A stretch of 64,000 nt of DNA from the human T2T-CHM13v2.0 reference genome, Homo sapiens (GCF_009914755.1 NC_060926.1), one strand, 5' to 3'; numbered from the stretch's first letter, positions 14,964-33,990 are shown. A program made the numbers and translations. Notes: generated from the sequence alone by a model not told the origin.

Positions 14964-15525
14964 AAGGGAATGCTTCCAGTTTTTGCCCATTCAGTGTGAT
15001 ACTGGCTGTGGGTTTGTCATAAATAGCTCTTATTATTTTGAGATACGTCCCATCATGCACACGTATGTTTATTGTGGCACTATTCACAATAGCAAAGACT
15101 TGGAACCAACCCAAATGTCCATCAATGATAGACTGGATTAAGAAAATGTGGCACATATACACCATGGAATACTATGCAGCCATAAAAAAGGATGAGTTCA
15201 TGTCCTTTGTAGGGACATGGATAAAGCTGGAAACCATCATTCTCAGCAAACTATCACAAGGGCAAAAAACCAAACACTGCATGTTCTCACTCATAGGTGG
15301 GAATTGAACAATGAGAACACTTGGACACAGGAAGAGGAACATCACACACCGGGGCCTGTCGTGGGGTAGGGGGAGTGGGGAGGGATAGCATTAGGAGATA
15401 CACTTAATGTAAATGACAAGTTAATGGGTGCAGCACACCAACATGGCACATGTATACATATGTAACAAACCTGCAGGTTGTGCACATGTACCCTAGAACT
15501 TAAAGTATAATAATAATAAAAAAAA
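14964..15525 (+). mobile_element. 5'-inverted, truncated L1PA-type insertion with 17-bp TSD
   Basis: TSD AGATTTAGTGAGATTTA at 14947-14963 and 15526-15542. Antisense ORF2 piece ([16 protein letters not shown]...EAFPL), then sense ORF2 C-terminus ([22 protein letters not shown]...GGN, stop 15305-15307), 3'UTR and poly(A). Confidence 0.93.
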
Positions 15526-15542
15526 AGATTTAGTGAGATTTA

Positions 15543-15870
15543 GTGATTTGGAAGAGATATCTGAGAAAATTACCCAGAATGAAGCACCAGCAGGTAAAGA
15601 CATGGAAAATATGAAAGAAGCAAAAACAAAATCTACAGAATAAATTTTAAAAACTCAAGGAGGAGAGGTTACATTCAAAGAAATAATGACTGAGGATTTT
15701 TCTAGGTTTGGAGAAAGACCTGAATTCTGGGTTGAAAAACTGTGCTGAGTCCTAGGCTGGGTGAATGAAAGTGAATTCACACCTGAACAGCCCATAATGG
15801 AACTGCAGAACATCAAGGAGAAAGAAAAAATCATAAAAGCCATCAAAAAGAAAACAGATTAAAGTAATGA
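15543..15870 (+). mobile_element. Ancient L1/HAL1 ORF1 remnant hosting the L1PA insertion
   Basis: Degenerate translation FKEIMTEDF...TPEQPIMELQNIKEKEKIIKA resembles L1 ORF1p (IIQENFP...TPRHII..L..KEKILKA). Confidence 0.55.
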
Positions 15871-17605
15871 CGATCCTGGAAAGCCAGGCACCATCCCCTG
15901 ACCACAGGGATTTTTCTCCACACCTCTCCCCTCCCTTCCTCAGAATCCAACAGAGCACCCACTGTGTGCTGGGCCCTGTGCTCTCCACTGAAATGTTCTC
16001 CTCTGCTTCTTACATTTCACTTTTCTTCCTGGTCTAGCCCAGGTCTTACCTCTTCCTCCAGGAAGTCTTCCTGACTGCACCTGTTCTCTCCACTTCCCAC
16101 TGTCACTGTCACAGTCCACTCTAAACCTGCCTTCACTGGCCTCTGTTTCTTGCGTGTTGGTCTTTCCCGCCATGTAAATAGGAAGCACTTGGAGCTCTGG
16201 GACTTGGCCCAGGATCTTTCTCTCCTGCTCCTCTCCAGTCAGCATGGTGCTGGCTACACAGGGTGTGTTCAGTGACTGTGTTTGAACACTCAATCAGTTG
16301 ATCCTTGGGAGTCAAATATACAATAAATTTGCATGCCGAATCAAGCTTCTTTGTACAAGCTTTTCAGGTCCTTTTGAAATCATATGTTTGTACTAAGTGA
16401 CCAGGCCAGGTTAGAGTTCCTGGGCTCCCTTAAACCACATTTTAAAGGCTTTCATTATATTACTCACTGGTATTTTTTAAATAATGACTATTTATTTATT
16501 TATTTATTTATTATTTTTGATTTTTGAGACAGGGTCTTACCCTGTCGCCCAGGCTGAGTGCAGTGGCACGATCTCCACTCACTGCAACCTCTGCCTCCTT
16601 GGTTCAAGCGATTATCATGCCTCAGCCTCCTGAGTAGCTGGGACTACAGGTGTGTGCTGCCACATCTGGCTAATATTTGTGTTTTTAGTAGAGGTGGGGT
16701 TTCACCATGTTGGCCAGGCTGGTCTCAAACTCCTGATCTCAAGTGATCCACCCGCCTCGGCCTTCCAAAGTTCTGAGATTACAGGTGTGAGCCACCACGC
16801 CCGCCTAGTCCCTTACACTTTACCCATCTTTAGAATACCTCTTCTGTGGCTGTATCTAAAGGCATCAATGTTAAGGTGATTCCCTGACCTCCTGTGGGGT
16901 ATGAGTCTGGCTGGGCAGTCTGGATTTGCTGAGGACCCCCGATAGGGACTGGCCTTTGGGAGGGACTTTTGAAAATTCCAAGGTCAGACTTACATGACCA
17001 TCTGTCTCAGAACTGGGGAGAGGGTAGACCAGAACAGGAGCAAGAGGACCCAGAAAAGGCCATCTAGGAGGTTCCTCCGACCTGGGGGCAGTCAGGGAGA
17101 GCTGACCTTCCAGGAAAAGAGGGGCTGAGGTGTGGTGGACACAGTTGGCTCTGAGCCATGGGAACCATTGGGAGCTGAACAGCCAACCACAGACCCCGTG
17201 AAAGGACTTCATCCAGTGGAGGGGAGGGGAACAAAGGACAGGGCCTCCCGCATCTGTGGCTCAAGACTAAGACAAAAAGCCTACCCTGAGCTAAATATGA
17301 CCGCCTTTCCATCTTTCCAGCTTCTGCAGCCTCACCCACACTGTCTGGTGGTGACTTGCAGTGACGTGGTGGATATCTTCTGGCTGCATGCCAGCAAATG
17401 ACCCGTCCTTCTGGGGATAAGCTCATGGCCCAGGGAGCCTTGGGCATGGTTGTGGTGCATAGAGAAGAAAAGGATTCGCTGCCCGGTGCTAAATCTGATG
17501 GGTCCCTACCATGGGCCAGATGCTGGGTAGAGAGATTCACATATGCCCTGCCTGGAAAGGTAACATTCATCCTTTCACTAATGAGTGTTTATCAGGCCAC
17601 AGTGA

Positions 17606-17874
<269 letters not shown>

Positions 17875-20500
17875 TAGTAGAGATAGGGTTTCACCATATT
17901 GGCCAGGCTGGTCTCGAACTCCTGACCTCATGATCTGCCTTCCTCTGCCCCACAAAGTGCTGGGATTACAGGCGTGAGCCACTGCGCCAGGCCCTATTAT
18001 GATATTTTTACCTTCATTTTTCAGAGGAGGAAACTGAGATCCCAAAAGGCCAGAAAAGTGGCCCCACTCACCCATGTAGTATGTGGCCAAACCAGAAGAG
18101 CAGCCAAGTCCTGCCTGGCTCCTCACCCCTGAGCTTTCCAGACTCTCCCGGGCCCTGGGAAGTCCATCCTGCTGAGCACACATTTTGCTCAGTGCATCCA
18201 CTTGAAGAGCGACATTAACTGAAATGGCTCATGGCTCATCCTTTGATTCAGGCCTGCCTGCGTGGAGAGCTGGACAGACTTCCTCCTGACTAATGAGCCC
18301 TCGCATCCTAATTGGGCCAGGGCTCGGCCTACATGCTGCCATCGTTCCTGGAACGTGCTTGGTCAGATGAGTGGGAGGCAGATACTGGGGACTCCCTTAG
18401 GTGTATATAGGGCATGGACCTGATAGAGGAGGCGCTGAGACTTGAGGAGAGTCCAGGGCAATGCAGGAGTCACGGCGCTTCTAGAAGTTGGGCTCCCACC
18501 ACTTCTGGACACACACCCCGACTTCACAACTGGGCCCTGATCTCGATCTGGCTTGAGACACTCCTGGAGGTACGGCTTATCTCTAAATTGACTCACACAG
18601 TTCCTTTGTTGATATAAACAAGAGTTGTTGTTCCTGCTGGATAATTCTGAAGCGGGGTGCGATGTTTGGAAATGCCTTGACAAGGGCCATTTTAAAGAGC
18701 ATGACAGTCACGGCCCCTCCACACCCACTGGGATTGCACCCCGCTTGGTTCTTGGGCTGTCCAGCGGTCATGTTGGATGGGACCGTGTGCAGAAGGCTCA
18801 GTTCAGTAAGTTCAGCCAGCTCAGAAACACTCCCTGATTCTGTCCTAAAGTCACCGCTGGTTTGAATTCCCAAGAGGAGGCCCCACAGTCCTGGACCAGC
18901 TTGGGGTCAAAACCGCAGCTCTCAGTTTGGCCTGGGAATTCCCGCAAAGCATGGGGCCAAGCGGACTTGTGGAACCCACTGGAAATGGGTTTTTCTTGGG
19001 GAGAGAGGCTGACCATGCGTGGGGCTTGCTACCTCCAGGGTTGCTCTGCCAGTGCGGTGAGCTGACCGGAGGCAGAGCTGCCTGCTGTTGGGAGAGATGG
19101 CATTATTCTGATGTGGGAACCAGCAGGTCAAGTCCCACCCCAAACTCAGCCAAGAACAAAGGCTTTTCCTCTGGGAAAAGCCGCCCAGGCCACCACTTCC
19201 CCACTCCCCACAACTGTTGACTCCCTTTGGTTGTTGTGGAATCCCGGAGGCAGGGACCAGGGCTTCTCTATTTATCTGTTTCCCGCACTGGAAGGTGCTC
19301 CATACAGATCTGTGAAATGCCAAGCATCTCCCTGCAGCGGGCAAGGTGAATGCCAGCGGGGAGGCCCCAGGCGTTGCAAGGTGCTCACAAGGTTGTGTTC
19401 CCAACAAGACATGGAGAGAAGCCGGACAGGGGTCCCCCGATGTTGTCTTTTGTCAGGGACTTCACAGAATGTTCAGACATCAGAATCCCAGCTGTGAGGC
19501 TCATGGCAGGAAACCCCAGTGGTTGGGTTCTGGAATCTGGCAGATCCAGGCTCAGATCCACTCATCCACCACCAACTGGCTGTGCGCTCCTGGAGAAGCC
19601 TCTCTGACCCACTTCTCTGTTTCCCCGCATCTGTGATAGGATGTGAAGGGGCTGCGTGGGAGAAGTGAGATTTCACGTGTGAGACGCTTGGCTCTGGGTT
19701 TGGTACCGGCAAGGCCAGAGCAGCACCAGCCACTGGTAGCCTTAGTGGGATCCTATGAAATTGCTCCTGTTTGGCTATTTTAACCTACAAAATGGCAATT
19801 TCTCAGAATTCAACCTGATAGTGTCACCTCTGACATTGTCTGGCTACTCGAGTGTGAGGCTGGGTTTTGCTGAGACCCTTGTCCACCCCACCCAGGGGGA
19901 TTCAGCTTCCAGCTCCTTCCCCACCCACACCCCCTTGATCCTCATTTAGGCTCAGCCCCTAGCAATGGAAGGGGCCTGGGCGGGCACCTCACACAGCTCC
20001 CTTCCCACCAGATGGGGCAGCTGAACCCAGGAAGGTAGATTCTTGCCAAAGGTGCACAAACTATTAGGAGTGGACCTAGGACCAGAATCCAAATTTCTGG
20101 ACTCCTAATTCAGTTCTCTTCCCACTATATCAGCCTAGAGCAGCTGCCAATGTTTGGAGCCAGGGGGCTGGGTCAAGGTGAGCCAGCCGTTTATAAGACG
20201 TGCTAAAGCCTGGCATGGAATTTAATGAGGTGCCGGCGTTTTCAGGACTTCTCTCGGAGGGAGTGCTGCGTGGGCTTAGAAGCGTCTTTAGTCCCAGCTC
20301 TGCCACTTGAAGGTTAGGTGAGCTCGGTTTCCTCATTTGTACAATGGGATAATTACAACAGCTACTTGGTAGGGTGTTGCAAGGGTTAGAGGAATCAATA
20401 TTTGTCAATTGTATTGTCAATAATAAAATTTGTAAATACAATTTATAAACATTTTAAGAAAATATTGGAGAGCACCGAAAGAGTGTCCAGCACTTTGTAA

Positions 20501-20869
<369 letters not shown>

Positions 20870-21522
20870 TGATGTGGGTGGGTGTGAGTTGGGGCCAGGG
20901 CTGAGGCATTGCTGAGGATGAGAGATAAGAGCCCTCAAGCTGACCCTGGGGTCCTGTTTTTCTTTCCAACCTCCAGTGCCCAGCTTTGTCTCGACATACA
21001 CATAAGACAAACACTTGAAAGACCAGCAGATTGCATAGAGGTTGGGGCGAGGAGGAGTCCCCAGCTTTCTGCCTCCACGCTGTCATCTCTTCCATAAGGA
21101 GCATCACTCCACACCTTCCAGGTCTTACAGAGTCCGGGATTAGTGAGGGCAAAAGAGGTGATCCCTGTAAAGTGCTTGTACAGGTTCTGGTCCTTGCAAA
21201 CCCTAGCTAGGTGTTTGGCAACAATCGTAACCCTTCCATCCCCCGAAGAATGCAAATTCCACGAGAGCAAGGATCTTGGTCTGGTTTACTGATGATGTAA
21301 CCCAAGTTCCTAGATCCATGCCAGGAACATGGTAGGAACACAGTAAATACTTGCTGCAAGAAATAATAACTTTGTCCCCACCCTCAAAGAGATTAGAATC
21401 TAGGCCGGGTATGGTGGCTCACGCCTGTAATCCCAACACTTTGGGATGCTGAGGTGGCAGGCCACCTGAGGTCAGGAGTTCGAGATCTGCCCCACCAACA
21501 TGGTGAAACTTTGTCTCTACTA

Positions 21523-21681
<159 letters not shown>

Positions 21682-22507
21682 TCAAAAAAAAAAGAGAGAT
21701 TAGAATCTAAAGGAGGAATCTGGAACACAGTCACAGACACTATGGAAATCAGTTCCAAATACTTTAACCTCATGTGTTCCCAAAGCCTCCCCCGGTTTGC
21801 TTTCCTGATCATGTTGATTCCTCTGCTCTCTAAGAACCAGGCCCCTCCCAGTCACCACTGTCTCTGCTTCATCCAGGTTTTTGTTTGATCTCACCTGGAA
21901 AACTGCAACATACTCACCTTCTGTGCTATTCCCCCCGAAACCAAAAGGGGCACTTACTAAAAATAAATCAGCTTGGGTCGCTCCCTTGTCTAAAAATGTT
22001 TGAAATCTTCCCATTGCCTCCAGGCTAAAATCCAACTCCTATGGCCAAGAAGCACATGCAAAGATGCTTAGCCTCCTTAGTCATCAGGGAAATGCAAATC
22101 AAAAGCCACAGTGAGATGCCACTTCACACCCACTAGGAAGGCTGGAATCAAAATAACTAAAAGGACATAATACCAAGTGTTGATGAGGATGTGGAGCAAT
22201 TGGAACCTTCGCACATTTCCTGTGAAAATGTGGAGTGGTATAGCTGCTGTGGAAGATAATTTGGCAGATCCTCAAAAAGGTAAATACAAAATGACTGTAT
22301 GACCCAGCAATTCCACTCCTAGGCAGATACCCCAGAAAACTGGAGGCATATATCTGCACAAAAACTTGTACACTAGTGTTCATAACAGCATTAGGCAAAA
22401 TAGCCCAAAACACCAGAAACAGCCCAAATGCCCATCCGTTGATGAATTCATAAATAAAATGTGACTTATTAGCCAGGCCTGGTGGTGTGCATATGTAATC
22501 CCAGCTA

Positions 22508-22615
<108 letters not shown>

Positions 22616-22636
22616 TCAAAAAAAAAAAAAAAAAAG

Positions 22637-23451
22637 TGACTTAGTCTATTTGTGTTGCTGTAACAAAATACCACAGACTGAGTAATTTATAAATAATAGA
22701 AGTTTATTTCTCTGGAGGCTGGAAAGTCCAAGATCAAGACACCAGCAGGTTCAATATCTGGTGAAGGCTCGGTCTCTGCTTCCAAGATGGTGCTGTTATA
22801 TATAAAGTTTTGGTGCCACAAAAGGAATAGCACTCAAATATAAAATTTTCTTTTTAATTCTCAGCAAGACAAGTTACTTCTATAGAAGGGTGTGCTCTTA
22901 CAGATGGAGCAATGGTGAGCACTCACTTGGACAAGGGAGGGGAAGGGGTTCTTATCCCTGACTCACGTGGCCCCTACTGCTGTGTCGTTCCCCTATTGGG
23001 TAGGGTTGGACCGCACAGGCTAAACTAATTCCTATTGGCCAATTTAAAGGGAATGATGGGATAACTGATTTGGCGGGAATCAGGGCAGAGCAGGTAGCAG
23101 GTAATTGGAATAATCGGAATGAGTCAGGGTGGAAAGGTAATCGAAAAAGGTTGCTTTATGAGGAAGTTAAGTTTAAAAGTAGAAGGCAAAGAATTGAACA
23201 TACTGACATATTAATTCTTTGAAAAGAAATTTAGAACTCATATCTAACAGTGCCTTGTTGCTGCATCCCCTGGAGGGGATGAACACTGTGTCCTCACATG
23301 GTGGAGGGGGACAAACCACTTCCCCAAATTCTTTCATAAAGGTTCTAGTCTCTTCCATCCTCACGGCCTGGTCCTACCTCTTAATACTATTGCTTTGGGA
23401 ATTAAGTTTTGACATGAATTTTGAAGAGGATACAAGCATTCAAACCATAGC
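22637..23451. mobile_element. MaLR solo LTR (MST/MLT1A-like), split by LTR10
   Basis: CTTAGTCTATTTGTGTTGCTGTAACAAAATACCACAGACTG start, TCCAAGATGGTGC/CTTGTTGCTGCATCC split point, CAAACCATAGC end. Confidence 0.7.
22794..23249 (-). mobile_element. LTR10 (HERV-I/HERVIP10, LTR10A/F-like) solo LTR, 456 bp
   Basis: Minus strand begins TGTTAGATATGAGTTCTAAATTTCTTTTCAAAGAATTAATATGTCAGTATG; TG...CA termini; 4-bp TSD GTGC at 22790-22793 and 23250-23253. Confidence 0.8.
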
Positions 23452-23680
23452 TGTGGTGTAGCCATACAATCAAATATTACTGAGCCATGAAAAGGAATGA
23501 GGTACTGACCCATGCTACAACCTGCACGAATCTTGGAAACATGGTGCTTGGTGGAAGATGCCAGTCCACGGGCCGCATAGCATATGACTGCATTTACATG
23601 AAATGGCCAGAATAGGCAAATCCAGAGAGACAGGACATAGATGAGTGGTTGCCAGGCGCTGAGGGGACTGGGTAATGGAG

Positions 23681-25173
<1,493 letters not shown>

Positions 25174-25298
25174 GGGAAGTGATTGCTCACAGGTATGGGA
25201 TTTCTTTTGGGGTGGTGAAAATATTCTGGAATTGGATAGTGGTGATGGCTGTATAACTTTATGAAAATACTAAAAAAAACACTGAATCATACACTTCT

Positions 25299-25379
25299 CA
25301 AACTCCTGAGCTTAGGTGATCCACCCGCCTCGGCCTCCCAAAGTGCTGGGATTCCAGGCGTGAGCCGCTGCACCCAGCC
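25299..25379 (-). mobile_element. Tailless Alu (first about 81 nt only) with 16-bp TSD
   Basis: TGAATCATACACTTCT at 25283-25298 and 25380-25395 flanks the reverse complement of the Alu 5' end; no poly(A). Confidence 0.85.
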
Positions 25380-25940
25380 TGAATCATACACTTCTAAAAG
25401 GTACATTTTATAATATGTGAATTATATCTCTATTTTATTTTATTTTTTGTTTCGAGACAGGGTCTCACTCTGTTGCCCAGGCTGGAGTGCAGTTGTGCTA
25501 TCTCAGCTGACTGCAACCTTCACCTCTCAGGCTCAAGCAATCCTTCCACCTCAGCCTCCCGAGTAGCTGGAACTACAGACATGTGTCACCATGACTGGCT
25601 AATGTTTGTATTTTTTGTAGAGATGGGGTTTTGCCATGTTGCCCAGGCTGGTCTGGAACTTCTGGACTCTAGCAATCCACCTGCCTCTGCCTCTCCCACT
25701 GCTGGGATTACAGGCGTGAGCCACTGTGCCTGGTCACATATCTCAATTGTAAGCATTGAGAGTGGTTCTCTTCTTGAGGGTGGGCCAGCCAGTGGCTTTG
25801 CTCCCTAGTTCTAGCCTGAAGCCTCTGTTCTCTCCCTTGCCCCATCTTCTCTCTAAGGCATGAGCCACCAGTTCTGGTCACACTCACCTCATGGAGCCCA
25901 TCAGCCCGGTTTCCTAGGCCTTAGGCTGGACCCCTACTCA

Positions 25941-26454
<514 letters not shown>

Positions 26455-27641
26455 TTATACCAACTCTGCTGAATTTCCATCAAGGACACTTTCCAGAGCC
26501 CACTCTATGGAGCTTAAATAAATCCTTGATCAATTTTCCAGAGAACACTGTGAAACTGCACAGTTCTCCATTTTCATTTTTACTTGTTATCATATTTGAT
26601 TCTTTCCTGCTGACATTTTCTAACAGCGTTTCAGCATAGGCCTCCCGATACCTATCAAGGCCTGTGTCCTTGGATTATAATTTGGTGATTCTATCACCAA
26701 GCCATGAATCTCCCACCGAAGTTCAGGGAATAGCACATTTTTTCCTTGTGCAGCTTTTGCCCTTCTCAGTTTTATTTTCTCACATCGTCCTAATATTAAC
26801 GTTCACTGTGGTTGAATGAAAGACTGATAGATTACATTTATTTCTCAAAGAAGCTAAGTTTTAAATAGATAACGCATGCATGTGGTAGAAAAATGAGAGC
26901 AGTACAAAAGGGTGCACAAAGGCAAACCTTGCCCCTCTTGCTGGCCTCTTGCCCACTTGCCCTCTGCAAAGGCTGTGTCTCAGACGGGGTGCCCAGGACG
27001 CCGGCTCTGACACGGAGACCCACGGCAGGCAAGAGCCTCTGGGGGAAAGGGAGGAGCAGCAGAGAAAGAGGCGGCTGTAATGCAGTCTCAGGGAAGGCCC
27101 AGCCGCCCGGAGGGAGCTCCGGAGCCGCACTGTTCCTGGTCAGGAGTTCAGGAAGAGGGTCTTCAGGCTCTGAGTGGACCAATCATCAAGCAGCCCTTCT
27201 TGGGTATGACCTGGGGCAGATTCTTCATCTGGGAACAACTGGCCCATCCTCCCCAGGCCAGGGCCCTGCAGCCAACACTCCCCAGAGCTGCGGGATGCAT
27301 CCTCCTAAAGGGACCTAGGCAGCTTAGCCCGAAAATCACTGTCACCCACTGTCCCCAAGTTACCTCTGTCCCCTCCCTACCCTTTTTAGCTGAAGACTTA
27401 TTTTTAATTGTTATTTTCTTAGACCTCTGGAGCACCCCACGCCCCCAGCCTGGGTTAGCTGTCAGGAGCCCCTGTCTCTTCCTTTCCCACTGCAGCGCCG
27501 CCCCCTCGCTGCCTCAGGGGGAGCCCACGCAGCAGCGGGGGCAGACGGGCCTCAGCCTCAGGCAGCCTGGGGAGCAGAGCCTTAGAAGCCATGCTTTTTC
27601 TTTTTCCTTTTCTTTGAAACAACTTTCTAGGGCTCTGGAGT

Positions 27642-28398
<757 letters not shown>

Positions 28399-29392
28399 TA
28401 GAGCAGAGAAAGTGCCCCTAATGGTTCCCTGGACCTCTGGGTTCACTGTGAATTAGTCCAGCTGGCCTCCATCTGTTTTCATGAAAGATTGAATGAGTTG
28501 CCCAGCATCCGTGATGACCTCACGGAGGAATAGTTCAGTGTTGCATAATGGAGGGTTGTGTCCTTTGAGTAAAATTAACTTGGGGACTTGGGGTGGGGTG
28601 ATGGCTTGTGTCCTAAAGTCCCATTTTATAGATTAAATAATTAATCCTGATGACAGCACCCAAGGCTGGCTGATCATATTTGAAGAGTTTAATATTATTA
28701 TCATTCCTTTGTGGTCATTACTACACAGCTGTTCAAAGCATGGGATTTGAAGCAGATGGACCTGGGTTCAAGTCCTGGTTCCGCCACTGACCACAGATGT
28801 GGCCTAGGCAACTCCTCCTCCCTGTCGCGGTCTCTTGCTCACTGTAATAATGGAGCTACTAACACCTGTTCCCTGGGGATTGAGGCATTAGATGAGACCA
28901 TGGATGTTAGACTTTTGGTGCTGTGTCTGTGCTTAGAATTGCCCAATGGGGGTAGCTGTTAATAAATGGGGACAGACAGCACATGTGACATAGACTTGGG
29001 GATTCTGGAAGCTCAATGTGACTCCTCCTTGGCTACATGAGTAGGATATGGAGTGTAGAAGGTGAGAGGTGACCGTCACATTCTGTCTTGTACTGGTCAG
29101 GTTATTGCACCTTCCGCCAGGGCTTTGCTATTCAAGGATGGTGAGCTGGACTGGGGTGGGAAGTGGAGGAACCAGGATGAAGTTGGGAATGGCTCATGCA
29201 CGAGTCATCTTCATATCTTGTGGTCTGGCAGGTGGGTGTTCTGTAAATGCATATTGATGGCAATGGAAGGAACAGAATCACTCAGCCGAGTGTGGCTGCC
29301 TTGGAGGGGTGAGGTGGCACCCTGGGCCCCGCAGCTCTGGGGAAACGTTGCAAGGAGGATATGAGTGTTGGGTGAAGAGTTCTTCTCGATGA

Positions 29393-30448
<1,056 letters not shown>

Positions 30449-30862
30449 GCCTGTGGTGCCCACCTCAAGGGCCTGCCTTTCACCTGCACACCCAGCTCGG
30501 AGGCTCTGCGGCTGCCTCTCCTTCCCGTGGCCCCTGGACGTGGGGGCCACTCTGGGCTCCCTTCGGCGCCCGTGTGTGGAGAGAGGTGCACCTCTTGCTC
30601 TTTTCCTCCTGCGTGGTTCCAGTCTTCCCAAAAGGTTCTATTTTCAGCCCAGAAACCAAAAGTGTCTGGCTTCCCATAGCCCCTCCATAGGGAAGGCGTG
30701 GAGGGTCCTGCAGCGCAGCTGTCACCTTGTCTGCCTGTCCCCTACCCCCAGCTTTGTGTAGGTCTTGACAAATTTCTAGTTCAACTCCTTCCTTCTTGGG
30801 AACCATTCCTTATGTTCCTGGGGAAGAACTGAGATGGAAGACCATGGTGTAAATTAGCAGAG

Positions 30863-31705
30863 ATGTGTGTGTATCTGTGTGTGTCTGCATGTGCACGTGT
30901 GTTCGTGTGTGTCTATATGTGTCTCTGTGTGCATGTGTGTTCGTGTGTGTCCATGCATACGTGTTTGTGCGTGTTCATGTGTGTCCGTGTGTCTGCGTGT
31001 GCATGTGTGTTCATGTGTGTTCGGGTGTGCCATGTGTGCATGTGTGTTTGCATGTGTGTTTATGTGTGTTCGTGTGAGCCTGCGTGTGCATGTGTGTTCG
31101 TGTGTGTCCATGTGTGCCTGTGTGTTCGCATGTGTGTTCATGTGTGTTCGTTCATGTCCACGTGTGTCTGCACGTGCATGTGCGTTCATGTGTGCTAGTG
31201 TGTGCATAAATATGCATGCATGTTCAAGTGTGTCCATGTGTGCTTGTGTGCGCATGTGTGTTCATCTGTGTTCGAGTGCATATATGCATGTGCATGTGTG
31301 TTCATGTGCGTCCATGTGTTTGTGTGTGCCCATGTGTCTGCGTGCATGTGTGTTCATGTATGTCAGTGTGAGTCTGTGTGTGTATGTGTTTGTGTCTGTG
31401 TGTGCATGTGTGTTCGTGTGTCTATGTGTGACTGTGTGTGGATGTGTGTGCATGTGTGTCCATGTGTGTCTGCATGTGCATGTATTTTTGTGTGTGTGTC
31501 TGTGTGTGCTTGTGTGTCCATGTGTGTCTGCATGGGCATGTTTTTATGTGTGTGTCTGTGTGTGCATGTGTGTTCATGTGTGTCCATGTGTGTCTGCATG
31601 TGCATATGTTTGTGTGTGTCCATGTGCGTCTGTGTGTGCCTGTGTGTTCGTGTGTCTGTGTGTCTGTGTGCATGTTTGTTCATGTGTGTGTATTTGTGTA
31701 TGTGT
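30863..31705. repeat. About 840 bp degenerate (TG)n / (CATGTGTG)n array downstream of NEU2
   Basis: Directly visible; source of the Cys/Val-rich ORFs. Confidence 0.97.
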
Positions 31706-31793
31706 CCTTGCCAATGCTTTGGGGCAGACAGCATGGAGAATAGCTTTGCAGGAAGTAAGGCATGGTCTGGGAAAATTAAGCGAGCTTAAGTCA

Positions 31794-32545
31794 TTGTATT
31801 AGCGTCTTAAGGCTGCTAGAACAAAGTACCTTAATCTTGGTGGCTTAAAGCAGCAGAAATTTGTTCTCTCACCGTTCTTTCTGGAGGCCAGAAGCCTGAA
31901 ATCAACATGTCTGAGAGGCTCTGTGCCCTCTGGAGACCCTGGTGAGGGGGGCCTTCCCTGCTTCTTCCAGCTTCTGCCGGCTCCCAGCAACGCTCGCTGG
32001 TCCTTGCCTTGTGATCGCATCACTCCAGTCCCTGCCTCGATCCTCACGTGGCCACATCTCCTCCTCCTCCTGTGTCTTCTCTTCTATGTTTATAAGGACA
32101 CTTGTCACTGACTGGATTTAGGGCCCACTCACATAATTCGGGGTGATTTTTTTTTTTTGAGACAGAGTCTTGCTCTGTTGCCCAGACTAGAGTGCAGTGT
32201 CACCATCTCAACTCACTGCAACCTTTGCCTCTCGGGTTCAAGCGATTTTCCCGCTTCAGCCTCCCAAGTAGCTGGGATTACAGGCATGCACCATGATGCC
32301 CAGCTAATTTTTGTGTTTTTAGTAGAGACAGGGTTTCACCATGTTGGCCAGGCTGGTGTCGAACTTCTGGCCTCAAGTGATCCACTGGCCTCGGCCTCCC
32401 AAAGTGCAGGGATTACAAGCATGAACCACTGCACCCGGCCCAGGAGGATCTTATTTCCCAAGATCCTGAACTTAATTACATTTGCAAAGACACTTCTTCC
32501 AAATAAAGTCCCATTCACAGATTCTGGGATGTGGATATATCCTCT
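31794..32545. mobile_element. MLT1B/C-type LTR with antisense Alu (about 32146-32441)
   Basis: TGTATTAG...GGCTGCTAGAACAAAGTACC...TGGCTTAAAGCAGCAGAAATTTG...CTTAATTACATTTGCAAAGAC. Confidence 0.7.
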
Positions 32546-32579
32546 TGCACTTCACAAAGGAGAATATTCTAAAGGCTCC

Positions 32580-33990
<1,411 letters not shown>

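Noticed and set aside
15038-15307. L1 ORF2 C-terminal ORF as a gene
   Set aside because: Fragment of a truncated, rearranged L1 with no promoter.
30854-31802. Cys/Val-rich ORFs up to 311 aa, superficially metallothionein- or keratin-associated-like
   Set aside because: Products of the TG repeat, open in several frames on both strands.
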